Position numbers and translations under genes: made by a program. Under the pieces are notes generated by a model that was not told the DNA's origin, searched no databases, and saw only the letters and a program-made list of their open reading frames with translations. From assembly GCA_051294375.1 (NCBI GenBank), contig CM119269.1:15697918-15761917 (forward strand): DNA of 64,000 nt, read 5' to 3'. This document shows positions 46,511 through 60,889 of this stretch, piece by piece (the first letter of the stretch is position 1; each line of letters begins with the position of its first letter). The DNA comes from Paraspadella gotoi. Taxonomy: Eukaryota; Animalia; Chaetognatha.

Positions 46511-47706
46511 GTCAATTTTTTTTTTAAAAAGCCTGTAGGGAGTTTGATTAATTATTCTGGTTGTGATTTATTAGATATCCCCACGCAGTTGAGGACTAGT
46601 TACCAGTTTTTTTTAAATTTTGGACTTCGTGTTAGACTGGACATGCGACAGAAACAATAATATTTTTTACTATTTAGATAATATTTGTAAGAGAGAAGGG
46701 AATGGCGAAAGATATTTTATTAACTCGTTATCTGAGTGGACCAATATCTGACCCTTTAATTTCACCCGTGTAGTTGAAATCTTTTGTTCGAAAAGCCTCG
46801 TTATTATTTACCTAATCGGTTTTGCCGGTCCTGGATCCATAGTTTTCAAGAATCCGAGATTTCTCCAAAACCTTATTGTAGAAAAAAAAGAAAAAAAAAA
46901 ATTACATCATTTTTCATCATTGACTTCTCTTCGAGTTTTATTTATTTATTACCACCGATAAAGACTTTGTTAAAAAATTATTCAAATGAAACTCGAGTCA
47001 TGCCAGACACAAGTTACTGAATAACTACCGGGTGAACTAGCTCGCTAATCTTTCTACCAGCCCGCGCGGGGGTTGGCAGATCCGAAGACCGATTGAGAGC
47101 AGTCCGTTGAAATTCGTTTCGGGAGAGTTTTAAAAATCTTAACGAGTTTAAAATTTTATTCGCATCCGCTCAGTCTTAATTTTTTTTTTTTTTTTTTTGG
47201 GGGGGGGCTTTTTCAGTCAGTAACGAACTAAGCGAATATAAAAATGAGTAAGGTGAGCATGAGGAAAGATACATTTAAGCAAGGCAGTGACGAAAGGGTT
47301 GACTGACAATCTAGTTAGCGCAATAGTCAATCAGTTCGAAAAAGAAAAAAAAAACATTATTGAAGTTTAACCATCGTAATGGACTTCCTCGATCAATCTT
47401 AACGTCAACGTTAGGTCTTGGCTGTGATTTTTGTTGTCGTTTTTCTGATGGGCGTTGTCATTGTTGGCACACGACGTTATCATTACGTCCCATCCCTATA
47501 CTTTTCGTAAATAAAGACGACGACGATTAAAAAGGACGATGACGAGGATAGTGGCTAACCGAGGCTAACCATTTAAATCGAATCGTCAAAAGAGTCTTTA
47601 AATTCGTAATCATAATTCACGCCCGCCGGCGGTTTCCATTGTGTCCTCGTCTTTCCATTTCCAATCCTTTTTTTCCCTATTCTTTCGAAATGATTAATTT
47701 TCTCTT

Positions 47707-47749
<43 letters not shown>

Positions 47750-48620
47750 CGGCAGATTTTCATTATTGTATATTCGAATAATTGCGAAATTGATAAAATT
47801 ACCAAAGAACTGCAGTTTCCACCATCGAACGGAATTAAAAAAGAATATTTATTCCGAGCGTTTATGTCAGAAACGTGGACGAGCTTCATCGATTTATAAC
47901 TGAAAAAAAAATATATCAACAAAAGTTAAAAAAAAAATATTCATCGTGACTTTTATCCGATCAAGCATTTTAATGAGCTTGGCCCGTCGCAAGAAGACGC
48001 GCGATTAACGAAAATCAATCAGAAATAAAAACAACCGTCGGTCGTCATGGCAACCGGAATTGTTATTATCAAAACAAATTCGGATTCTTTACAAGATTCG
48101 AAAATGAAAAGAGGCTATTTTCGAAGAAGAATATGACGATAAAACTCACATCGGAAGTATTAGTAAAAAACGAACGTCGTATTTAATATTTAATATTTAA
48201 ATCGTAGAATGCGAGAAAAATCATCGCGAATCGTAAAACAGACGACGACATCCATTTTTACGAGTCCATCCGTCCGGTTCTCAGTCTATCCGTACCGGAG
48301 TTAATCGACCCGCGACAGAGTCCATACGTCCCTCAGTCCATTCGTCGGCCAACGTTCGCCAGCGTTGATCGCTCTCCGGATAAACTCTCTCTCCATCGAA
48401 ACAATCTCTTCCGGCGCCGGGATTTTCGCGCCAAATCCGCCGGACGGGACCGGACGATTCTCCACTCCGGGACGGGATTTACCAACGGAGAATGATCATT
48501 AATCGATCTCGTCGGCGAAGAGCGAGAGCGAGAGGCGAGAGCGAGAGAGAGTGATCGCTCTTGCGGAAGTTTAATCGCTCGGTCTACCTTTCGTTCCATT
48601 ACTCCCCCGACGCTCGCCAA

Positions 48621-48653
<33 letters not shown>

Positions 48654-49738
48654 NNNNNNNNNNNNNNNNNNNNNNNNNGGCTCGGCCAACGGGAATGCGA
48701 CTCTTAATTCTGGAGACCTCTGACACTGGCAGCGCGGAGCTTGGACTTGGGTCTTTTGGCTTTAAAATTCTTTCCGTGAGAACACTAAGGACTACGGGCC
48801 ACTATATTTTTAATTTTTTTGCCTCTCAACTCTGGACCTGTGCTTGGGATTTGGAACAAACAATCTGGGTCTGAAATTGAAAGTGGACTTTGAATTTGTG
48901 TCTATGAACTCCGGAATCTAAGCTTCTCTCTCTTTCTTAAAGTGTGAAAAGGTCTCCGATGACACAGATGACTTTCGTTTTCTCTCAAATTTTACTACTT
49001 TTATATAAGATTTTGCATCTTAATCTCTCTGTGTTGTATTTTTTTTTTCATTAAATCACTTTCACGGTTTTTTTTTCACTGAATCCCATCGATGTACTTG
49101 TTGCTTAGATTTGTTTCGGATCTTCTTTATCACATTTTCACGTCTACGATGTTTAAAAAGAAAGAAAAATCTTCCCCTTGTGTTTTTGTGGGATTCATTC
49201 TAATAAATCTTCTCAACCTCTCTTTTTTCTCCTCCTCTCCTCCTCCTTCTTCTCTTTTTCCTCTTCCTCCTCCTCCTTTCCCTTCCTCCTCCTCAGTTCG
49301 ACTCCAGTTCCCATATCAAGGCCTCACTCTGGCTCTCCGCGACCCTGCACCATAAACGACGGAAACTCTCTCTCTCTCTCTGCATTTGTTATCCTCGAAA
49401 ATGAGTTTTTTTTCCTTTTCCTCTCTACGCCAATCTCTCTCTCTCTCTCACTCTCGCTCAGAAAGTAAAATCCGGGAAGTCGTCATTTGTTTACGTGGAA
49501 TTCTGTTTTTTATTTTAATTTTTAATAACCTTTTGTTGTCGTTAAAAAACAAAAGTGGTTTTAAAAGTTTTCTCAAGGATTTTTTATTATTCATGATCGC
49601 GTTAAAAAAAAAAAAGGGGAGAAAAAAAGAAAAACGATTTACCCACACGACTGTTTCGCGCTGGTAGTTTTTTCTAAACCCTTCTCATCTCGCGGGCCAA
49701 GTAAGTTGCGACAATTTCGTGAAATATTAAGAAGTGTG

Positions 49739-49774
<36 letters not shown>

Positions 49775-49925
49775 TGAGAGAGAGAGGGAGAGAGAGTTCG
49801 GCCTTCCGGTAGTGTTGTGGGAATCGTGATTAGAATATATTAGCCAAAGTAGTATTTCAAAGCTGGTTGAACGTTGTTAACTTTTTCTGACTTCGGTTAA
49901 GCAGCGTAAATTAACAATAAAAAAA

Positions 49926-50209
49926 TCTAAAGCATAAGGAATCGAGCCTACTTTTTGATGATAACCAAATATTGATGCGATGATAACCAAATATTGATGC
50001 GATGATAACCAATAATTGATGCGATAATAATAAAATAACTGATGTGATTGATAATCAAATGATTGATGCGATGATAGTCATCATTGATGTGATGATAATC
50101 ATGTCATTGATATGATGATAATTCATTCATTGATGCGATGATAGTCATATCATTGACGCGATGAGTCATTCATCGTAAATAAAACAGACAAATGCGTGTA
50201 ATGAATGAA

Positions 50210-50245
<36 letters not shown>

Positions 50246-50950
50246 AGAGTGAGAGGAGGCTGGTCAGTTTCACTCTCGTTTAGTATAAAGTATAATCAGA
50301 AGCTGGACCGCCCTGCAGAGCTGAACTCGTTTTTTCGACGTATCTGAGTAGGGACGAACTCTTTTCCTTTCCTTTGAATGAAATTTAGATTGTTCTTTTT
50401 TTTAAGAGAAACCAGACCGAGGTCAAATTTCCATATTTGCATATTTAACTAATTTTATAAATATTATTCCCAACTCAAATAATTATATTTTAAAAAAGAA
50501 TAAAAATGATTAAATATATACACTAAAAAAAATTTACAATTTTAAAATTGTAAAAATTATTAGAATAACAAAAAAAGTAATGTTAATTTGACAATATCTC
50601 TCTTCTCAACTCCTATTTTAGATATAATTTGCCCAATAGTGGGCCGACGGTCCAAAGTTACAGTAATAAACAAAAACAAAAAAAATTTTTTTGTTAGAAG
50701 TTATATATGTAATTAAATTAATCCGCGCAATTGCCGGACATATAGCAGCTATATGTACAGCAGCAAGCTGAGTCATGTGACATTGCCTGTATTATAAGTT
50801 ATTTTTCCTTTTTTTCTAAAAGGAATCCATGAAAATTCGGATGTAAATTTGGGATTCTTGTATAGGAGAAAAAAAAATAAAATGCGATAATAAAAGTTTT
50901 TAGAAGGAAAAAAATTATAAGCAATTTTTCAAAAACGGAAGGTCGTACAT

Positions 50951-50996
<46 letters not shown>

Positions 50997-51193
50997 AAAA
51001 AGTGACTAAAAATTTTTTTTGTAAAAAAATAAAAGAGAGAGAGAGAGAGAGATAGAGAGAGGCCGGAACTCGTTTACTCGTCGCGCAGTGACAGAGGTAA
51101 AAAAAGGTGACTAAAAATTATTTTTGTAACAAAAAAAAAAAGAGATAGAAAGAGAGAAAGAGAGAGAGAGACAGATAGAGAGAAGATAGATAG

Positions 51194-51230
<37 letters not shown>

Positions 51231-51331
51231 CCGGAACGTGTTTACTCGTTTACAAGTGAATAATTTTTTTTTTGTAAAAAAAAAAAAAGAGAGAGAGAGT
51301 GAGAGAGAGAGGAGAGAGAGAGAGAGAGAAA

Positions 51332-51368
<37 letters not shown>

Positions 51369-52580
51369 CGAGAGAGAGAGAAAGTTTTCCGCCAACGATA
51401 CGCAATATTAGGTCACTCTTGTTTATATCGGCGTCGATCTCGGTCAGTTGATTTTTTTATACACGTAACGCGTTATAGGTCATGTTCCTCGACATTGTTT
51501 ACTCGTTGCCCCGCAACGGCCACGAAATCCAGTGAAGTTAGTGAGTTCTTCACATTTTCAAAATCTCAGATATAATTTGGATTTTGTATTGAAAAGAAGC
51601 GCGGAAATAAATGGCGATAATAAAAGTTTTTAGAAGGAAAGAAATAATAGAATTTTTCAAAAAACGGTGGTAAAACAAAGTGAATAATTTTTTTTTTGTA
51701 AAAAAAAAAAGAGAGAGAGAGAGCAGAGAGAGAGAGAGAGAGAGAGAGAGACGGAGGAGACGGAGGAGAGAGAGAGCGAGCCTGACTCGTTCTTTTTTGA
51801 AAACGATTCAGAAAAGCAGCGCCTGATCAAATATATATGTTTTTAGAAAGAAAAAAATAATCAGAATTTTTCAAAAAACGAACGATCAACGCAAGAGATC
51901 GCACACAAAGAGAGACAGAGAGAAACGAACTCGTTTTTAAACGATTCAGAAAGGCAGCGCCTAAAAAAAATATATATAATTAAAAATAAATAAAAGAAAG
52001 GCAAAAAATGTTACAATGGTTTACAATTGGAGCTTTTCCAATTTTTTCCAATCGCAGCTTGTAAAGACTATTTTTATTTTGTATTAAATTAGATATAGCT
52101 TCTCATTAAAAAAATATCCTTTGAGTTCCCATTTTATTAGAAATTAAAAAAAATTTTTTTGAATTTCATCTTCAATTTATATTACTGCAATAGTAAATTA
52201 GCTAAAAGCATTTCTATATACTAATTTTGGGATATAATGAGTACGTATAATCTCATTTGCATATTGCAGTAAATCATAATGAAGTGAAATTCAAACAAAA
52301 AATACTAAATCCAAATGTAATATGAAATATCACAGCTATTTCAAGATGAAAAGCATATCTAAATTTTTACTTACTATGATCGCACACTTTGTAAAACTTT
52401 ATCATAATTCATAATAATTTTTATTTAAAAAAAACGGTAAGTCACAGCCAACCTATAAAAGCGTAGTAGTTTTTAATATCTGGAAAACGCCGTGACCCGA
52501 CGACGACGACGACGACGTCACAAAGAAGCAACCCTAAAACATATAGAGCCTGACCCGGCTTCGCCGGTCAAGGCCTCGAT
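49926..52580 (-). mobile_element. HINE (locus copy 3)
   Basis: Essentially identical to 38584-41239. Confidence 0.7.
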
Positions 52581-53192
52581 AACAAATTAAATTGGAATTC
52601 AAATTGATTATATTTTATTCAAACAAACATTTTAAGGGAGACTTTAGGGTCATTAGTTCGTGCTGTTTACTTCTTCAGATACCTCTTGATAGTTGTACTG
52701 TTGCTCCTTTTTTGTGTGTCTGACTGAATTTTCTTTTAAAATAAGATTTATTTCAAATTTTTAAAATCGATTATTCGTTTTTTTCTTCACCTCTCTTCTC
52801 ACAGTGACATCACGGCTTCAATCGTCATGTTTCGCATCATTAATCTTTTTTCTCTTTTGCATTCGTTCTTCTCTCTCTCTCTCTCTCTTCTCTCTCTCTT
52901 CTCCTTCCTTCCTTAAATGTGCTTTTTGTGTTTCCTTCTACTTGACCATAAATCATTTGGACTTCCGCATTCATTTTCTCACTTAGTCTAAATCGAATCC
53001 AAATTTATTCTACATTTTATATTCTATATATGAAGTCAATTTTTTTAAGATAGAAATACAATTTTCATATATTACTTCCTTTTAATTTTTCATTTCCGTA
53101 CACAAAATCAGAATTTGGTAAAAATTGTTTTGAAAACTAAATTTAGACAAATACAAAAGTTATAAAAGAGTGCTTTTAAAATAAAATACATA

Positions 53193-53395
53193 TGAAGAGA
53201 CAGTAATTATTGTTATATGTTAGTGACAAAGACCGTTCAATATAAGCAGTCCCTGAGCTTCGGAATCAGGCTGTAACACCGTGTTACAGGCGGGTTAAGC
53301 GCGCCCCGTCCCTCTTTAACTGCTAGGAGACCACCGGCGAGAACCAATGGCCGCTGATGAACGGTTGGTGGATTTTTAGTCCACCATACATAACA
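53193..53395 (-). mobile_element. Solo LTR (locus copy 3)
   Basis: Identical to 41852-42054. Confidence 0.8.
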
Positions 53396-55671
53396 CATTA
53401 CATTATAATGTTATAAAAAAGACAATATAATATCTTTTAATACCAAAAAATTTAAATATCCTAATATTAATTTACACAGTCTCGTTTAAAACTTTTGAAT
53501 AAAGATAGCAACAAGCTCATTCTGCCTCGTGCCACATGCAAACCGATATTTCACTGGCATTGTGCCTCATTCGAAATTCCTCCATTTCCACATCGAAGCA
53601 TAATTTTGAATTTTCCGCGCGATCGACGGATCGAAATAACGAAGTCGTCGCTCACCAACTCCCATCGAGTCACTTAACGATTCTCCGTTTCCCACTTTTC
53701 ACTTCACACCCAAAAATAGTAACCACCTTCGCTGCGCGAACCAACACACCAACACACCCACCCGCGAGCAAATATCACCCAATTCACTCATTTCTTAACT
53801 CCCCGCCTTTCTCCGTGCGCCACCCCCGCCAACTCGCCCACTCAAATTTTCACCCTCTCTCTCTTCAACCCGCCCAACATCTCGATTTCTACGCCTACCA
53901 CCCTCCCACTCTCCACCCCAAAAATCCGGCCGCTTTCTCGGTTCCGCCCTTCCAAACCAGATGCGCTGTTAGGGGCGCAAATAAATCACGATATGACGCA
54001 GTTATTGCGTCTTCTGCGGCGATGACCATAAAAATAGACGGCGCGCGCCGGTTTCGGGAGAGGGGGCTGGGGAGTTAGTAGAAAAAACGGAGAGGGGGCG
54101 GGATGGGTTGGGGTGACCAGTGGCAGGGGTAAGATGCGGCGAGGAGGTTCGTTGTTTTTTTCGGGAAGCGGTATCAGGTCGAGAACGGTGGTTAATTCGT
54201 AAAAGGAGTATTATAGGTATAGTGGTTTTTGGAGCAGCATTTGAGTGATTAGGAGAAAAAACCACCACCAGAGGAGATGCGCTGGACATTGTGGACAATG
54301 TTGCGCGATTGGACGGAGGGTAGAATTTTTGGATTGGGAAGAAATAATTTTTGTATGGGAATTTCGATAATCGAGCTCGTAAGCGGGCTCGAGATTGGTT
54401 GTCAACGTGGGGATTCAAGAAGTAGAGAGCAAGCATTGAGCAAGAATTGAGCATGATTTTTAATAAAAAAAAATTAGTATTTGATTGGAAAGATAGATGG
54501 TATAATAAACGGCGTCGTCGCGCAAAACAGTGAGATTCTTTAATCATCAGGACACATGAGATCTTTGAGTAGCCTTGGTCACGAGATACACAAGGATCGT
54601 CATACGTCTCATTTTTAGCCCCGATTTTCGGTCGTCTTTCTCTATTATCTTTCCCGCACTAGGTATTTGTATATGTGTAGCTGTTTCTCAGTTACGAACA
54701 TAAATATAAAATATATAAAATATAAAAGTTTTTATTCACCAAACCCTTAACTCCTAACTTAATCTTGAACCCTAATAACTAATACTAACTAATTCCTACT
54801 CTAACCCCTTACCCTAAACCGAAGTTGCTACCCCTAATCCCGAACCTAGTTTCCAACCCTAATACCCAACCGGCAAAATATTTACTTTCACCAACCGGGG
54901 TTTTAGCGTTTTTTAAAAAAATTAAATTTTATTAAAAAAAAATATTTATTTAACCTTAAACCTTCTTAACCCTAACCACCCTAACCCTTAAAATAAACCT
55001 TAAAGCCAGGGCGAAAAGGGGGACACCTTCACCTCAGGCAAAAGAGCCTTGAAGGTGAAAGTAAAATTTAGCCCCTTATTTGTATTCGCTTACCCTACCT
55101 TTAATCTTTAAACCCAAAAATTAACGTAATTTTAAATTTTGGGTATAATAGGGCGTTCTGGGAAAATAGGAAGTGTCCAAGAGATTAACTTTTGTTTCTG
55201 TTCGTGTTTTTTTTTGTTTCTTTATCAACGTTTTGATCAAGTTTGACTAGCAATAAAAAAAACATTGTTTTTGGTGTATTTTAAGGTACAGTAAAATCAC
55301 TGTCAAAATTGCTGCTCAGAAGCCAGCAACTCTTCGAAAACAAACTTTACTACTGATACGTTTAAAATCATACAATATAATTATCTACAAGTGAAAAAAG
55401 ACAACGAAATAACATATAACAACAAAAAAGGTACACGCAAGTACCGTAATCGGAAATAAAATTTGATTTAAAAAAAATATATATATATTTTCGTTGCAAA
55501 ACTAAAAAAAAAAATCAGATATTAACAACGGAACGAAAGCAAAAATAACAACGTAGAGTAAAAAACCGCAAATAAAAAGTTATCAATAAAATTATTAATT
55601 TTCCGAAGAAGTTATAGCAATACAAGTCGACGAAGAACCTTCTCTTGAAAGTTTTATTTCGCCTCACGGAT

Positions 55672-57851
55672 TTATGTCGACCATGGCTCAGATCCATCGT
55701 TAGTCGTCCAAGCACTACCCATTCCCGGTACGTAAGGACTTGGCCCGAAAGCACTTGACATGTTTAGACCCGACATGTTTTAGACCCGAAATGTTTAGAC
55801 CCGGCATGTTTGGTGCCGACCATGTTTGGTGCCGACATGTTTGTGCTGACATGTTTGGTACCGAAATGTTCAAACCTGACAGCTAGGACCAGACAGGTTC
55901 GCACCTGACATGCTAGGACCAGACAGGTTCGCACCTGACATGCTAGGACCAGACAGGTTCGCACCTGACATGCTAGGACCAGACAGGTTCGCACCTACAT
56001 GCTAGGACCAGACAGGTTCGCACCTGACATGCTAGGACCAGACAGGTTCGCACCTGACATGCTAGGACCAGACAGGTTCGCACCTGACATGCTAGGACCA
56101 GACAGGTTCGCACCTGGCATGCTAGGACCAGACAGGTTCGCACCTGACATGCTAGGACCTGACAGGTTGGCACCTGACAAGGTAAGACCTGACAGGTTCG
56201 CCACCTGACAAGCTAAGACCTGACAGGTGCGCCACCTGACAAGCTAAGACCTGACTGGTTCGCACCTGACATGCTCGGATCTGACATGTTCGCACCTGAC
56301 ATGTTCGCACCTGACATGTTTGCACCTGACATGTTCGCACCTGACATGTTTGCACCTGACATGTTCGCACCTGAATGCTTGGACCTGACATGTTCGCCAC
56401 CTGCATGCGTGGACCTGACATGTTCGCACCTAACATGTTCGCGACCTACATGTTCGCACCTAACATGTTCGCACCTGACATTGTTCGCACCTGACATTCC
56501 CGCCCCAAACCCTCCTGGGATAGTCGGGGCATGGGTGGATTAGTCATGCCCATTCCGTAACCGGCTGGCGACCCTTGGGGCGAATAGTGACCTCCCATTC
56601 CGGAATACAAGCCCTGCAAGCATACCAGGCATACCAGGCAAACCAAGAATACCAGGCAAACCGCCTATGGCTCCAATCGCCCCCAAGGCTCTCTGAAAAC
56701 CGGCGAAGGGTAGTGGAGGCGTGCCACGCCCTCGCCCCGGGCATTGGGGCGAATTTCTTTCGGCCTGCGCGGACTTGATTTGGACTTTCTTATCGTTGAT
56801 CAAATGAAATTGTTGCTGGATTGCCTTCAACGCGTCTTGAGGGTTTCACGAAACTGACGAAGCCGAACCCACGCATTTTCTTTGGTCCGTCTCGTCGTGC
56901 ATTAAATCCACCCTTTCGACGGGCCGAAATTGGCGAAGTAGGCCGCTATTTGCCCCTCTGTCGTTCCCTCAGCGAGGCCGCCCAAGAAGACTTTCTTGCT
57001 GTCGTTGGGCGGAGAGAGCGGGACCGCCCACGCCGGCGTCCTTTCTTGTTGGGCGCTGTACTTCTGAAGAAAAAAAAATGATTTGATTTCCGAGAATTAG
57101 ACTGCTTGAGATTTAAATTTTTCTTTTTTTTTTTTTTTTACAAAATTTAGTGCGTATGAGGAAAAAAAAATTTCATTATTGAATTAAAAAATACATATAT
57201 AAAAATAACGGAATGATTTTTATTGCATATTTTATTTCTCTTTCTGTATGAAAATAACTATCTTCAACTATTTTTTTAAACTTCGCAATCTCATGAAACT
57301 ACAAATAAACATAATCGGTCACAACTCACTCTTCGGGTCGATCGCTTTTGCCGTCTAGGATGTGAGGTTTACAAGCAAAACTGTAGAGATCGGGTCCTCG
57401 TATTTGAAAGTCACGAACCCGAATCCACCGATCGTCCTTCCAACGATTTCATCACCTGGCGACAATAAATTGATTTGTAATTTGTTTTTTATACTGCGTA
57501 GAATTAAACAAGTATAGCCGAGTTATTATAGTATTATTATTATTTTTTACGCTGTCGAGTCACTGGCTAATACGGCGCGACACTTCGTTACCTCTAGCCA
57601 TAAATGTTAAATAGCGAGTTTAAAATTTTTTACCTGCGCAGATTCCCACTTCGCCGAATCTTTCAAAATAATTGCGAAAACTTCCATCTGTTGTTTCCCA
57701 ATTAAGTCCACCTGAACATTGTATAACAAAAATATGAGGAATGGCACGTGAGATATTAATATCAAAATTAATATATATTATATTAAAAACTGGGCCAGCG
57801 ATACAGAATCACAGTATTTACCACCAAATATCTTCCGCTTGTTGTCTCCAT
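55672..57851 (-). CDS. Two-RRM DAZAP1/Musashi-family protein with pentapeptide tail (copy 3; duplicate of copy 2)
   Basis: Same sequence as copy 2 at +11341, including the same frameshifts; likely an assembly duplicate. Confidence 0.8.
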
Positions 57852-60120
57852 GTCAATTTTTTTTTTAAAAAGCCTGTAGGGAGTTTGATTAATTATTCTG
57901 GTTGTGATTTATTAGATATCCCCACGCAGTTGAGGACTAGTTACCAGTTTTTTTTAAATTTTGGACTTCGTGTTAGACTGGACATGCGACAGAAACAATA
58001 ATATTTTTTACTATTTAGATAATATTTGTAAGAGAGAAGGGAATGGCGAAAGATATTTTATTAACTCGTTATCTGAGTGGACCAATATCTGACCCTTTAA
58101 TTTCACCCGTGTAGTTGAAATCTTTTGTTCGAAAAGCCTCGTTATTATTTACCTAATCGGTTTTGCCGGTCCTGGATCCATAGTTTTCAAGAATCCGAGA
58201 TTTCTCCAAAACCTTATTGTAGAAAAAAAAGAAAAAAAAAAATTACATCATTTTTCATCATTGACTTCTCTTCGAGTTTTATTTATTTATTACCACCGAT
58301 AAAGACTTTGTTAAAAAATTATTCAAATGAAACTCGAGTCATGCCAGACACAAGTTACTGAATAACTACCGGGTGAACTAGCTCGCTAATCTTTCTACCA
58401 GCCCGCGCGGGGGTTGGCAGATCCGAAGACCGATTGAGAGCAGTCCGTTGAAATTCGTTTCGGGAGAGTTTTAAAAATCTTAACGAGTTTAAAATTTTAT
58501 TCGCATCCGCTCAGTCTTAATTTTTTTTTTTTTTTTTTTGGGGGGGGGCTTTTTCAGTCAGTAACGAACTAAGCGAATATAAAAATGAGTAAGGTGAGCA
58601 TGAGGAAAGATACATTTAAGCAAGGCAGTGACGAAAGGGTTGACTGACAATCTAGTTAGCGCAATAGTCAATCAGTTCGAAAAAGAAAAAAAAAACATTA
58701 TTGAAGTTTAACCATCGTAATGGACTTCCTCGATCAATCTTAACGTCAACGTTAGGTCTTGGCTGTGATTTTTGTTGTCGTTTTTCTGATGGGCGTTGTC
58801 ATTGTTGGCACACGACGTTATCATTACGTCCCATCCCTATACTTTTCGTAAATAAAGACGACGACGATTAAAAAGGACGATGACGAGGATAGTGGCTAAC
58901 CGAGGCTAACCATTTAAATCGAATCGTCAAAAGAGTCTTTAAATTCGTAATCATAATTCACGCCCGCCGGCGGTTTCCATTGTGTCCTCGTCTTTCCATT
59001 TCCAATCCTTTTTTTCCCTATTCTTTCGAAATGATTAATTTTCTCTTTCTCTCCCTCTCTCTCTCTCTCTCTCTCTTCTCTCTTCCTCCGCAGATTTTCA
59101 TTAATTGTATATTCGAATAATTGCGAAATTGATAAAATACAAAAGAAAAACTGCAGTTTCCACCATCGAACGGAATTAAAAAAGAATATTTATTCCGAGC
59201 GTTTATGTCAGAAACGTGGACGAGCTTCATCGATTTATAACTGAAAAAAAAAATATATCACAAAAGTTAAAAAAAAATATTCATCGTGACTTTTTATCCG
59301 ATCAAGCATTTTAATGAGCTGGCCGTCGCAAGAAGACGCGAGATTAACGAAAATCAATCAGAAATAAAAACAACCGTCTCGTCATGGCAACCGAATTGTT
59401 ATTATGAAAACAAATTCGGATTCTTTACAGATTCGAAAATGAAAAGAGGCTATTTTCCGAAGAAGAATAGGACGATAAAACTCACATCGGAAGTATTAGT
59501 AAAAAACGAACGTCGTATTTAATATTTAATATTTAAATCGTAGAATGCGAGAAAATCATCGCGAATCGTAAAACAGACGACGACATCCATTTACGAGTCC
59601 ATCCGTCCGGTTCTCAGTCTATCCGTACCGGATTAATCGACCCGCGACGAGTCCATCACGTCCCTCAGTCCATTCGTCGGCCACGTTCGCCAGCGTTGAT
59701 CGCTCTCCCGGATAAACTCTCTCTCCATCGAAACAATCTTTCCGGCGCCGGGATTTCGCGCCAAAATCCGCCGGACGGGACGGACGATTCTCCAACTCCG
59801 GGACGGGATTTACCAAACGAGAATGCCATCATTAATCGATCTCGTCGGCGAAGAGTCGAGAGCGAGAGGCGAGAGCGAGTGATCGCTCTTGCGGAAAGTT
59901 TAATCGGCTCGGTCTACCTTTCGTTCCATACTCCCCCGACGCTCGCACAATCTTTCTCTCTCTCTCTCTCTCCTATCTCTCTCTCTTCTCTCTCTCTCCC
60001 TCTCTCGTCTCTCTCTCTCTCTCCTCTCTCTCATCTCTCTCTCTAACCTTTTCCTTATTTGTTAATGGCTAAATGGCGTGGGATTCCATCATATTTGGAT
60101 TGAACCCGCGTAACCTCCTC

Positions 60121-60127
60121 TATAAAT
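60121..60127 (+). promoter_or_regulatory. TATA box candidate for the signal-peptide gene
   Basis: TATAAAT lies 80 bp upstream of the ATG at 60201. Confidence 0.5.
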
Positions 60128-60200
60128 AAAATCTTTAAAAAAGAACTAAAAAAAAAAGAAAAAAAATCAAGGAATTTTTTTTTTTTTCGCTTCGACGAAA

Positions 60201-60473
60201 ATGAAATTCTTGGGACTCCTCACCTCGGCGCTGCTGCTCGGCCTTGCCACCGCAAATAAGGGTAAGTCTTTTTATCCACCACAAATCGTATTTCGTCACT
60301 GGCAGTTGGATGGCTTTAATTTCTACCAGTTGCTCTTTTTTTTACATATTATCTTTAGTAATATGGTATTTATACTTTGATTTCTAACCGATTGAGATGA
60401 TGAGTTGATGATTCTGTAGTATTTTGGAGTACGTATTCTGTATGTATTCTGTAGTATTTTTTTCTCATTTTGC

Positions 60474-60513
<40 letters not shown>

Positions 60514-60603
60514 ACTCCAGATATGATAAAATCTCATGAAGATGCGAAAACGAAAAAAAGAAAAAAATTTAAAGATTCGGTGGATATGGCTGAGACTCGC
60601 TAA
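60201..60603 (+). CDS. Small secreted protein / prepropeptide candidate (exon 1 60201-60261, exon 2 from 60521; true end uncertain)
   Basis: aaaATG context, then signal peptide MKFLGLLTSALLLGLATANK and a phase-1 G|GTAAGT donor. A polypyrimidine tract plus CAG acceptor ends at 60520. As assembled the frame continues DMIKSHEDAKTKKRKKFKDSVDMAETR*. Confidence 0.6.
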
Positions 60604-60889
60604 TGCACATAAGGTCATTTCGATAACGTGGAGGAGAGACGCTATGGTAATGCGACGTAACGACGCCCCGCTTGATGGAGCTAGTTGGAGATGGAGAGAC
60701 GTAGATGGCGACGATGGCTGCGGATGATGATGATGATGATGATGTTGAATCGTTGATGGAGTTAGGGTTATCGAAGTTGACGCATCATTTTGGGCGCAAA
60801 AAAAAAAAAAAAAAGAAATCGAGTTTTAACTCAAATTAAAAATAGACTTTGGAGTGAGAGGATGGGAGGAAAGTTGTAAAGAAAATTTC

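Larger units (their letters stand above)
30088..59990. repeat. Three tandem copies of one locus (30088-37311, 37337-48653, 48679-~59990)
   Basis: Each copy starts ggctcggcc(c)aacgggaat. Copies 2 and 3 are offset by 11341-11342 bp and share the same indel errors up to ~59050, and both start right after 25-N gaps. Confidence 0.95.

Noticed and set aside
44331-57851. Real three-member tandem gene family or pseudogenes of the RRM gene
   Set aside because: Copies 2 and 3 share the same indel errors and abut 25-N gaps. Most frameshifts differ from copy 1 and look like read errors.
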